From Salisapilia sapeloensis CBS 127946 (taxonomy: Eukaryota; Protista; Oomycota), in assembly GCA_023334545.1 (NCBI GenBank), contig JAADVB010000049.1, positions 1 to 64,000 on the forward strand: 64,000 nt of DNA, given 5' to 3'. This document shows positions 54,353-64,000 of this stretch, piece after piece. Both the position numbers and the translations under genes were made by a program. The notes under the pieces were generated by a model. That model made no database searches. It saw only the letters and a list, made by a program, of their open reading frames with translations, and had not been told where the DNA came from. How positions within the stretch are numbered: position 1 is the first letter of the stretch; every line of letters starts with the position of its first letter.

Positions 54353-55128
54353 CTACTCGTCGGATCCAAAGTCAGCGTTCAAAATGTCGTCCAGTAGATC
54401 GCTTTTCCCGTCAATATCATCCAAGTTGTCATCAGGAAATGGTACAATTTCATCTTCATCGGAATCAGATGCGTTTTTGCTCGTAAATGTTGGCAACGGT
54501 GCGTCTTCATCCCATGGCAAGACGTCGTCTTCCGAGTCCAAACCATCGACAATGCTATCGGTCACTTGCTCCAGGATCGATGGTACCTCTTCATCTGGCA
54601 CCACCGGATCTTCCGAAGGGATACCTCCAGCAGCATACTCGACCTCCTATTCCATGCTTATTAGCACATAACTTTTAGTTGCAATCAAAAATAAGCATAC
54701 TTCGTCCTCGGATGGTCGTGTCGAGCTAATCTTTTCACTTGACTTTGTAGATAATCGAGCTTGCTTTCTCTTCTTATGAGACTTGACAACGTCTTTCGGT
54801 GTCGCTGCAACATCTTTCGCAGGAGTGTCATTTCGATCCTGGTTCGAGATATCTCCAAGTGCACGTCTGCTACGTATACTACTTTAGTACCCAGACTATT
54901 CTTCATTATGCAAAGAGCGTACCTCTTCTTGGACTTTGGTGTCTTGGCCTCATTCAGTGGCACTTCCACCAGCTTGTTGCACGTCGAAGAACGTTTTTGT
55001 GGCGCTAGATACAGCTTTAAGAACATGCACACCCAAGAACATATTCGTAGGATATCATAGTTACTCTGAGACTTGTTGCTACGCGCTGGTGTCGGCGTAT
55101 TCTCCTTACTTGCCGCCAACGAGCTCAT
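54353..55128 (-). CDS. Candidate securin: KEN-box/D-box disordered protein (4 exons, 202 aa)
   Basis: Exons 55128-55065, 55004-54923, 54869-54701 and 54646-54353 total 609 nt, joined by 60/53/54-bp GT-AG introns. KEN at aa 8-10, RRALGDISN at aa 50-58, EVEY at aa 106-109. Confidence 0.65.
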
Positions 55129-55259
55129 GCTGTCAACTCGCGTCTGCCAAGTTTTGGAGCGAAAACTTCGAGCGACCTTCGGGTAACATTTTGGTATGCT
55201 TTCTGGGTTTCCATGCTGTCCAAAAGGACTGCTATCTAGTGTTACATAGCTAGTCTAGG

Positions 55260-56398
55260 AAGATGAATATTCTCACACAGACTACGTACATTGTAAAGGT
55301 CGCTTACGCTTCTTAGTGATATGTGTACAGTGAGGTCAGTCACGGAAGAAATGCAGTGAAAGCAAATCTAATGACGTACTGATAGGCGATAGATGTACTG
55401 CATTATCCAGTTTAGCTCTGATCTCCTTCCTAATTTGCATGCACCCAGGTGTGATACGCTTAAAAGTTGAATTGGAGTCCTCTTCGAGGGTCGCTAAAGA
55501 TTGGAAAATCGCTATGACGTTTAGATATGTAGTTCAGCAGTGAAGTTTCCACTCAATATAATCAATCCCCGCTGCCTTTCATCCGGAGCTCAGACACCAA
55601 ATAAACTCTATTTAGACCTCCACCAGAGTTGTAAGCATAAATTTATCATTGGAATGACAGCAATGCATCCTCACTCTAATACAAGACGATCTGCGCTCTA
55701 CGGATGATTGCATCGTCCAACAAGTCTCTACCTACTTTCTGCACACAAATTGACTGCTACTGATGAACGACAACTACACATAAGCTATATAACTAGCCAA
55801 AAGCTCGTACACGATGTGCAAGTACACTTTGCAGCTAATCAACATGTCAGTCTGCTTGTTGGCGACTTGCATTGCGCTATAGAAATAGACTATTTTCACC
55901 GATAAAAGTCTCTCTGCCTTTCATCTCATCCTACCACTGAACATTCCAACACAAATGCAACACATCCTAGTAAATGCAGCATCTCCATGTTTATGCAAAG
56001 CATCCACCAAAGTCCTTCTACTTGCCACCATTAAGATCCTTCATCATGCGCGTAACGTGGAAGAGCAGAGTCGATCGGTGAGCAGCCTTCTGACGATCCG
56101 CCTACAACAACAAATTCGCCACAAACACATCAGTATCTTCCATAACAAGTCACATAGACATCAGACATACCTTGGCTGTGAGCACCTGCTCCAGTCGTCT
56201 AGACTCTCGCTTGCACTGAAGCTCGTCAAAGTCATTCCGCTCCAACGCATCCATGAATGCAATGAATTCCGGCTGTCCTTCATTGCTCTCACGTACCGTA
56301 CGCAGGGTCATGCGCTTGATATGCACGGGTGAGATGGCCTTACGCACCGTCATGACCGTCCGATTGCTCGACTTTGAGCCTTTAATTGTCAAATACAT
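55260..56398 (-). CDS. Probable multi-exon hypothetical gene, model unresolved
   Basis: One clear exon pair (...LEQVLTAK|gtatgt...tgtag|ADRQKAAHRS...), divergent from nardilysin. Downstream exons and product not resolved. Confidence 0.3.
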
Positions 56399-56481
56399 TC
56401 AATATTACGAGATTCCATACAAATTCTACGTTCTTTATAACATAAGTATTATGGGACAGACACAAGCCGAGCAAGAACAGC

Positions 56482-59400
56482 ATGATGCAGCAATCGCCAG
56501 CAGACCGGAAGCAATATCGGCGTCTGACGCTGCCGAATGGACTCGAAGCTGTTCTCATATCCAAGCAGGGGATGTATCATGAGCATGAGAAAAATGGTAG
56601 TGAGAATGAAGAGCAGGAGAGTGATGGAGATGAGGAAGAGTCGGATGATAGCGATGGCAGTGACGAAGAAGACGATGAAGAAGCTCCAGCAGCCGAACTA
56701 GCTGGTGCATGTCTCTCAGTCGGTGTGGGTAGCTTTTCCGACCCGGATGACTTGCCTGGACTAGCCCATTTCCTCGAGCACATGCTATTCATGGGTATTC
56801 TTCTGCCTCGTAGACGGAAGAATCTCTTGTATCTTATACAGCAAATGTAAATAGGAAGCAAAAAGTATCCCGGAGAAAACGAAATGGAAGCTTTTCTAAG
56901 TGCGCATGGTGGCTACAGCAATGGCAGCACTGACAACGAGATCACACAGTTCACATTCGAAGTGTCTCCAGCGCACCTCGAGACGGCGCTGGACATGTTC
57001 GCCAACTGTTTCGTCGATCCGCTCATTCTGTCCGAAGCTATGGAAAGAGAACTGTCAGCCGTCGAATCAGAGTTCGTCCAAGCTACGCAGAGTGACCAAG
57101 TCCGCTTCGATGTACGTTCTTTTCTCCCATCTACTCTCCCTCCTCTTCTTACAATGATATCCGTCTATAGCAAGTCCTAAGTGCAATATCCAATACGGAT
57201 CATCCGTATCATAAATTTGGATGGGGCAATCGTGTCAGTCTACTCGATCTTCCTCGTGAAAAAGGCATAGACGTCCGACAAGCCATGGTGGACTTTTACA
57301 ACAAGTACTACTCTGCCAACGTCATGAAACTAGTCGTATGTGGAAAAGACGCTTTAGATGACATGGAAGCATGGGTTACCAAGTCCTTTTCCAACATCCC
57401 TAATCGAAAGGTCTCTGTTCCGACGTTTGATTCCTTTGGCTCTCCATTCGTAACGCAGCTACCGACAGTCTGTCGTGTTGTCCCTGTGCGTGAGATCCAC
57501 CGGTTAGAGCTGTCCTGGATGCTTCCTCCAGTCTTTGGTCTTCACCATCAAAAGCCGGAAGACTACATTGGCAGTCTCCTCGGCCACGAAGCTGAAGGCT
57601 CTGTCTTCTCCACTTTAAAAGAACGTGGATGGATCACCGCTCTATCAGCTGGTGTTGATCGCACAGATGGAGGTGACTGCGGTACGTTTGGTACGAGATT
57701 CGGTATCACGATGCGCGTGACGGAGGAAGGGATGACGCATTGGGAAGACGTAGTCGCCGTCGTCTTCTCCTACTTGTCCATCATCCGATCGAGTGGCTTC
57801 CCAGAGTGGGTATTTGACGAATTAAAGGCACTCGCAGCCATCTCGTACCAGTTTTATGAAGAACGAGATATCGTCGAGACGTGTGAAGAGCTCGCACAGG
57901 TCATGCAAGATATCTATCATGTCGACACGAATGAGGTCCTTCAGTACGAGCTCTTCCAAGGCTCCTTCCAACGACAACTCGTGTCCGATCTGATCGAATG
58001 CCTCGTACCATCCAATCTTGTCGTCGCCTTACTCTCTCCTTCCTTCGCAGACGATCCGACCTTCCTCAAGGAACAGCAGCTAGAACCGTGGTTTAACGTA
58101 GCTTACACCAAGCAAAACGTCCGGTCGGAAGCATACGACAAGTGGATGTCACCACCAGACATCTCGAGTATGCACCTCCCACGCCCCAACCTCTTCGTTC
58201 CACATGACTTTACTCTCGTCGACTCGTCTGCTTATGAAGACTTGAGCGCCCACGAGACCAAGTTTGGGAAGCTCTGGTTCAAACCAGATCGGCAGTTCCA
58301 GACACCTCGAGCCAACGTCTGTCTGCTGTTGAGTCTCCCAAGCATCCTCCACAGTCCTGAAAATGTCATCTTGACAGAGCTCTTCGCACAGCTCTCCAAG
58401 GACGCCTTATTAGAACACGCGTACGATGCAGACGTCGCCCACCTCAAGTACGAACTGTCTCGAAACGGATGCGCCTTGGAGCTCGTCTTTGGCGGCTTCA
58501 ACGACAAGCTACATGTCCTCGTCGATGTTGTGATCCAATCAATCTTCTCCGGAGGCTTTGCCAAAGGAAGGTTTGACGTTATCAAGCAGGAAATGCTTCG
58601 GACGTACAAGAATGCTGTGATCAAACCTGGTCGCAAGTCAGATTACCTCCGTCTCCAAGTACTTGACACCACAGCCTTCCCTCGCGCAGACCTCATCCAA
58701 GTGCTTGAGAACGCAACGTTTGAACAGCTACAGACGTTCGTGTCGACAATACTCTGGACGTCAAACGTCTACCTTCAGACACTTGCGCATGGTAACCTTC
58801 GTCTAGAAGAAGCAAAAGGCATTTGCGACCTCGTGGAGAGTCATCTAGAAAAACTATCTACCCCTCTTCCATTCGATAAGCTTCCCTCTCGGTCTGTCAC
58901 TATAATCCCACAGACAGCAAGTGGGTATCTTCTAGAAGCACCAAGTGAGCACAGTGAAGACAGGAATTTGTTCGTGCAAGCGTACTATCAGGTAGGAGCC
59001 TTCAACCTGCGAGACATGGCGCTGCTAGATTTACTCCAGAAGATCATGGAAGAGCCGCTCTTCGATACGCTTCGTACGAAACAAGAGCTCGGATACGAGG
59101 TCTCATGTGTTGTGCGAGATACATTTGGCGTCCTTGGCTTTGGCGTCCAGGTTCAGTCGTCCTTGTTCCAAGCCAATTACATCGATACATGCATCCAAGA
59201 CTTTTTAACGGACTTTGAGTACGCTATTCGGAATATGAGTGATCAATTGTTCCAGGATCATGTCGATGCCGAAGTCGTCTATCGACTCGGTCCAGACCAC
59301 AACTTGAGTGAGACGACGCAGCGAGTCTGGCGAGAGATCTGTCTCCGTCGATACGAGTTCGATCTGAATGCCAAGTTGGCGCACGAGTATAAGACGGCGA

Positions 59401-59594
59401 CGAAAGAGGAGCTAGCGGACAAATACAGGCTCTGGATTGTCGAGCAAGCTAGGAAACTCATCGTGCAAGTGGTGCCTCAAGATCAGTTGCAAGGTGGAGA
59501 CAAGAACAATGAAGAGAGCGGAGTGAATCCGGAACGTATCGACGACCTGTACGCTTTCAAAGCCACATTAAAGTCGTACTCGGATAGCAAGTAA
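56482..59594 (+). CDS. Nardilysin/insulinase (M16A metallopeptidase), 3 exons
   Basis: GLAHFLEHMLFMG|SKKYP inverted zinc motif, an acidic insert typical of nardilysin, and LRTKQELGY. Confidence 0.93.
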
Positions 59595-59719
59595 CTATCG
59601 TAATTCAGCTTGAATCTCTTCTCTCTTATGCATATGCATTAGATATTCAATATAAGAGATAGAATCCTCTACTTTAGCATGTACTAGATAGAAGCATACG
59701 AAAGAGGATTTCAGTTCAT

Positions 59720-61377
59720 TTAGACGTGGAAGCAAAAGACATTGTCAGGTGCTAGAACAATCAACCTATCTCGCGTCGGCATGCACTGACCAACGATCGA
59801 GTGTTCCCCGATCTCGACGACGTACTGTCCGCGGACATGCTGCTCCACTTCTTCCTCCGATCCGTTCTGCAGATACACAAACGCCCGTCGCTCAAACTCG
59901 GCGATGCTTGCAACAAGTGTCTCCGGATGGAACGTCATGATCCTCTTGTCTTGTTTGGATGCTTGGACGTATCCGAAAGCCGGCAGCGTTTCCATGTGCT
60001 CTAGCGTAAGCTTTTCATTGCTGACACTCACGTCGAACACCAGACCATGTACGTCGTACTGAAAGAGTAGCTTCCGGTCGAACATACCAGCGGATGGTGT
60101 CGCCAGTCGAGAGCTTTCACATAAGAAGTGAAACTTTCGACAGTTGACCTCAAGTTGCTGCATGACCTGATGCTTCTTCATATCGAGTAGCACCAGAGAC
60201 GCAGTTGCATTCGGATCAAAGTCATCGCACTCTTCAAAGCCACCCAAGATCGTGTCTGGCGTCGGGATCTCCACATTTTGCGCTGCAGAGTCTCTTTGTG
60301 TTGGCACTTGCTGATCATTCGGTCCGTGCGTACCCTCCATAGAACTGTAAGGCGTTGAGGACGGTTGAAACCTGTCGGATAGTGGTCGATTAAAGTCCAT
60401 AGCTAGCTCATCCGCGTGCTTGGCTTCTGAGACATCACCTTGGAAACCAATACCAGCTCGAGGAAGCTTGGAAAGGAGTTCATTCAAGTCCATACCCAGC
60501 TCACTATCGATATGAGAACGCTTGTGGGGAGAAGTGACGTTGATAGATTCATCAGTGGATGTCTGAGGCGATTCCAGACCACTCTTGCTAGTCATTTCGA
60601 GATGATACGGTCCTTCCAACAACATCACGAGTTGGTCATGTGCGAATGAAACGTAGTTAGGTAATTTGGACACCGTGCCTATATCATATACAGTCTCATG
60701 AACGACCTCATGTGGATGCTGCTCGATGTCTAGTAGCGTGAGACGAAAGACCTCATCTTTGTCATGCGATTCTAGAACCTGAGATAGGACCGACACAAGG
60801 TGGGAGCAGCCCTCTTCTTCGTACTTACTGGAACCTAGCACAAGGACTGGAGTGATACCCAGCGGAGAGCTAGAAGACAGCAGCTTCCATGTCGAGTTGA
60901 TCTCTTCCGGATGATCCGTAGTGATGCACACCACTTGCCCATTGCCATCACCGTATACAACGACACCACTCGTCAGGACCTGCAGTGTAGCATTCTCCTG
61001 TCTTGTCGTCACCATTGGAAATCTATAGAGTCCAGTCACATGCGCTTCGCCACTCTGTCTCATCATAAATACTTACAAACCACGCCACAACGAGTAGACT
61101 TCTACAGCTATACCTGGTTGAAAACAATCTGCAGTAATTCGTTCTCCTTTGATAATGCATACGCAACGCTACGACTCAATGCATGGGAGCGGAATGGATC
61201 GGCCACCATTGCATTATAATGGGCTCGAGCATCCCACTGCGCTTTCCTCAGCGTATCCGTCGTATCCAATGGACTCAGCACTCCAGTTGGTAGACTAGCT
61301 TCATGAACAGTCGGTCCATTTGCAGCTAAGACGTACCGATCGAACTGCTTATCGATCAACTCGCGCTTGACATCCAT
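59720..61377 (-). CDS. NUDCD1: NudC domain-containing protein 1-like (2 exons)
   Basis: N-terminal VKRELIDKQFDRYVL; FEECD; C-terminal LPAFGYVQASKQDKR...EFERRAFVY, all matching NUDCD1 as I remember it. Confidence 0.75.
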
Positions 61378-61433
61378 CCTACCTACTTTCTTATGTGGTT
61401 GAGTACATCACATAAGTAGACACCAAACGTCGC

Positions 61434-62912
61434 ATGATCATGTCGGAAGCGATAGATGGACGAGTCGCTGCTATGCAGACGCAGCAGCACATTCGAGAGA
61501 ATGCATCCGAGCTACAAGACTACTTTTCAGACCTGTATGCGTGGGAGAAGAAGATTCAGCAGCAAGAACAAACTCGCAATGTGACGCGTAGCAACCAGTC
61601 GAGTGACGCACCAGACCCTCGGATGCATGCAAAAGTGGATTTAGCAATTGGTACACGCGATAACAGTGCCAGGAAGGATGCAAAGAGAGCTGATGCACAT
61701 ACGTATGATCGAGGATATCAGCGCTGGGAGAAATTTGATGTCGTAAGTCGAATAGTAGAGCATACAAGTGACTAGTCCTCAAGTGTCTGTAGGAAGAGGC
61801 ATTGCGTGAGGATGGTAAACCAAGTACCAAAGTCTCCTCAAAGGTAGATACCATACCTCTACAGCTATATGATAATTGAGAATGATTTAGTTATCCGCTA
61901 GACGACGCCGGTGTCCAAGCCGAAAGCTGCCACTACTGGCAAGTCCAGAGGAGAGATCGAGCGTGAGGATGGGAATAATCACTACAAACAAGGAGACTAT
62001 ATCGCTGCCATCAAGTGTTATACGAGAGCCATCGGGTACGACGCGTCCAACCCGCTCATTCTCTCCAATCGCGCCATGGCGTACTTGAAAACACGCGAGT
62101 ACGCCAAAGCAGAAGAGGACTGTACTCGCGCTCTATCACTCGATAGCACCCACACTAAGTCATATACACGCAGAGGAACTGCAAGAAATGCACTTGGGAA
62201 GCATCGTCTCGCGTTGGCGGATTTCCAGCAAGCAGCGTCTCTTGATCCAAAGAGCAAGCAGATCCAGAGCCAACTTGCCACCACGAGAGACCAGATGAAG
62301 ACAGCTATTAAGAGAGCTCCAAAGCATACAGACATACCTATAGCAATCGTAGAGTCTTCCGCCAAGGAAGTAGAGTATGAGCATCCGATAGAACGACAAC
62401 AGGAAGCAAATGCAGAGGAGGAAGAGATAGAAAAGGTGGAAGAGGAAATATCTGAACCGAGTGTGGCATCATCGGCGGCTCCAATCCTGCCTCAACTACC
62501 GTCGAAAGCGCCATCGACGTCCTACGAGTTTACTCGTGTGTGGAAGTCACTTGTTCCGAGAGGAGACGCAGAGCACCTCTCTCAACTGCTGTCTCTCCGA
62601 TCGAGATACCTGCAGATGATTCAGCCTAGTGCCTTGCCTCGCATCTTTAAAAGCTCAATCGAAGAATCCGTGCTGCTCGACATCTTTCACGTGCTTCGGC
62701 TGGAACTAGATGCAGAAAGGATAACTTCATCCTATGCAGCCGATGTGGCACGATCGTTGACGCAAGTCCCTCGCTTCAACATGACCGTTATGTTCCTTTC
62801 GAAGAAGCAAAAGGAGGACATGGAAACTGTCCTACATCACCTCCAGACGAGCGAAACTAGTGATGAAGCCACCTCGTCTCTAGCTAAAGCTTACGATATC
62901 AATTTGAAATAA
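61434..62912 (+). CDS. RPAP3: RNA polymerase II-associated protein 3 (R2TP co-chaperone), 3 exons
   Basis: N-terminal QQHIRENASELQDYFSDLYAWEK; YQRWEKFDV; one TPR triplet; RPAP3_C domain (PSTSYEFTRVW...LTQVPRFNMTVMFLS). Confidence 0.9.
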
Positions 62913-62937
62913 CTAGCATGACACCACTCGTGTTTCT

Positions 62938-63622
62938 TCATTTACTGCAGCTCTTGGTAGCAATACGGCAGACGATGGCCTCGGTCAACGAAGAGCATTC
63001 GAGCTCTAGATCCTGCACTTTGTAGTACTTTCGAATCTGCTTGACATCTTCATCCGTTAAATGCGTTCCGATCTCACTCACGGGTGTCAACGTTCCCTGA
63101 ACTTTTGCTAACACGCGCTCTACACTGTCCTTGTCCGAGTCCATGATGCATAACAAGAGCTCCGTCGAGTCGTCCGATAGACCGAACCGACGGAAAGACT
63201 CATTCACGTTCCGACTGCCAGATACGTTGAACACGATCTCCGAGTGCACGCCTTTCGTCGTCATCCGTTCATCTTGCTCACATAGCAATGCTCTCGCGGC
63301 GGCTGCTTGGACCTGCAGCAGGTTTACAACCTAATGATCCATACGGCAGTGCGAAACCAATCGCATGACGTCAGTTCGTTTACATATTCGCATCATCCAA
63401 ATGATTAGAAATAGCGTAAATCACCCACCCGAGACGCGTTCAATAGGGCTGCATCGACGTCCTGGTTGGTCAGCGCTTCACGTAGCGCACCACTATTCTG
63501 TACATTCCGAAAGTACGCCACGTGCAATTGCCTGCGAAATCACATCTACATTATTCTCCATTCTATTCCCTTCCACGATAAGCATACCGGTCAGCAAAGA
63601 GAGGGAAAGCAATGGTCTCCAT
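62938..63622 (-). CDS. TPRKB: KEOPS complex subunit CGI-121/TPRKB (3 exons)
   Basis: Spliced METIAFPLFADR|QLHVAYFRNVQN...DAALLNASR|VVNLLQVQAAAARAL...HSEIVFNVSGSRNVNESFRRFG. Confidence 0.9.
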
Positions 63623-63844
63623 GTCGAGTCCAAACACGAATATTTAATAAAAAATTTCATATTTTCTTTTCTTAGATTGCGTTAACTCTTTCGTGTCCGA
63701 CAAGAGATCACGTAATATGGTGTCAAAAGCCATGTGATTGGGCAAAATGTGACGATCCGAAGCATTTGGACAAGATATCGATCATTTTCGAATCGACGGC
63801 CTAGAGCACACGACTCGTATCTCCTTTTAATCCCCTTCGCCACT

Positions 63845-64000
63845 ATGTCCCACGTCGACAAGAAACCCCGCTTCGGTGAGGAGCAATGCATTAACACCGT
63901 CCGCATGCTGTCGGCCGACCAGCCCAGCCACGCCAATGCCGGACACCCTGGTGCCCCTATGGGCTGTGCCCCCATGGCACACGTCCTCTTCGGAAAGACC
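63845..64000 (+). CDS. TKT: Transketolase, 5' end (runs off the window)
   Basis: MSHVDKKPRFGEEQCINTVRMLSADQPSHANAGHPGAPMGCAPMAHVLF is the transketolase N-terminal HPG motif. Not in the ORF track. Confidence 0.9.
   Translation, partial: MSHVDKKPRFGEEQCINTVRMLSADQPSHANAGHPGAPMGCAPMAHVLFGKT

Noticed and set aside
54353-55128. Reading the RRALGDISN protein as a cyclin A/B or as two unrelated ORFs
   Set aside because: No cyclin box follows before the stop at 54353. Canonical introns join the fragments into one frame, and the 147-aa track ORF reads through intron sequence.
55900-56100. Inositol polyphosphate 4-phosphatase suggested by ...MKDLNGG...
   Set aside because: The required CKSAKDRT catalytic motif is absent in all frames I checked.
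56580-56690. GA-rich repeat-like stretches (also 22740-22935 and 14745-14790)
   Set aside because: They encode acidic or Lys-rich low-complexity protein segments and are not independent DNA repeats.
1-64000. Prokaryotic features (CRISPR arrays, operons, defence islands, Shine-Dalgarno sites) and rRNA/tRNA genes
   Set aside because: The window is spliced eukaryotic DNA. I saw no regularly spaced direct repeats, cloverleaf-like sequences or rRNA-like segments.
1-64000. The many 60-250 aa ORFs overlapping or antisense to real genes (e.g. 46834-47583, 45145-45813, 33710-34315) and GTG/TTG starts in the ORF track
   Set aside because: These are shadow frames of codon-biased genes with no motifs. 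Non-ATG starts come from the ORF caller, and in-frame ATGs fit the homologous N-termini better.
1-64000. Assignment to a specific oomycete genus
   Set aside because: The sequence alone supports a flagellate oomycete but not a genus; this needs a BLAST or phylogeny of RPS8, DDB1 or PRIM1.

Overview
Eukaryotic, very gene-dense genomic DNA, most likely from an oomycete. The evidence is a GPCR-TKL kinase, an AA17-like secreted protein, an oomycete-type INR/FPR promoter motif and many GT-AG introns of about 50-70 bp; IFT56 points to a lineage with flagellated zoospores. The ORF track fragments the spliced genes and uses GTG/TTG starts, so I rebuilt the gene models by hand; spans run start codon to stop, and exon boundaries are exact only where stated. 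About 32 genes are supported, mostly housekeeping: DDB1, IFT56, MATE, PRODH, EDC4, URI1, PRIM1, RPS8, chorismate synthase, nardilysin, NUDCD1, RPAP3, TPRKB and the start of transketolase. They sit as tight head-to-head and tail-to-tail pairs. I saw no rRNA, tRNA, CRISPR array or intact mobile element. Best leads: (1) a hidden 4-exon, 202-aa disordered protein with a KEN box, a D-box and an EVEY motif, a candidate oomycete securin; (2) an intronless, probably mitochondrial fusion of a DUF455 diiron domain and a bacterial-type GT4 glycosyltransferase; (3) URI1 carrying its own Hsp70/90-clamp TPR domain; (4) a calcineurin-A-like phosphatase fused to EF-hands and a hydrophobic tail; (5) an AA17-like protein lacking the His brace; (6) a catalytically dead, apparently domesticated MULE transposase; (7) a TPS-TPP double pseudoenzyme; (8) a structured, unusually long RPS8 intron. 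All family assignments come from remembered motifs; no database search was run.
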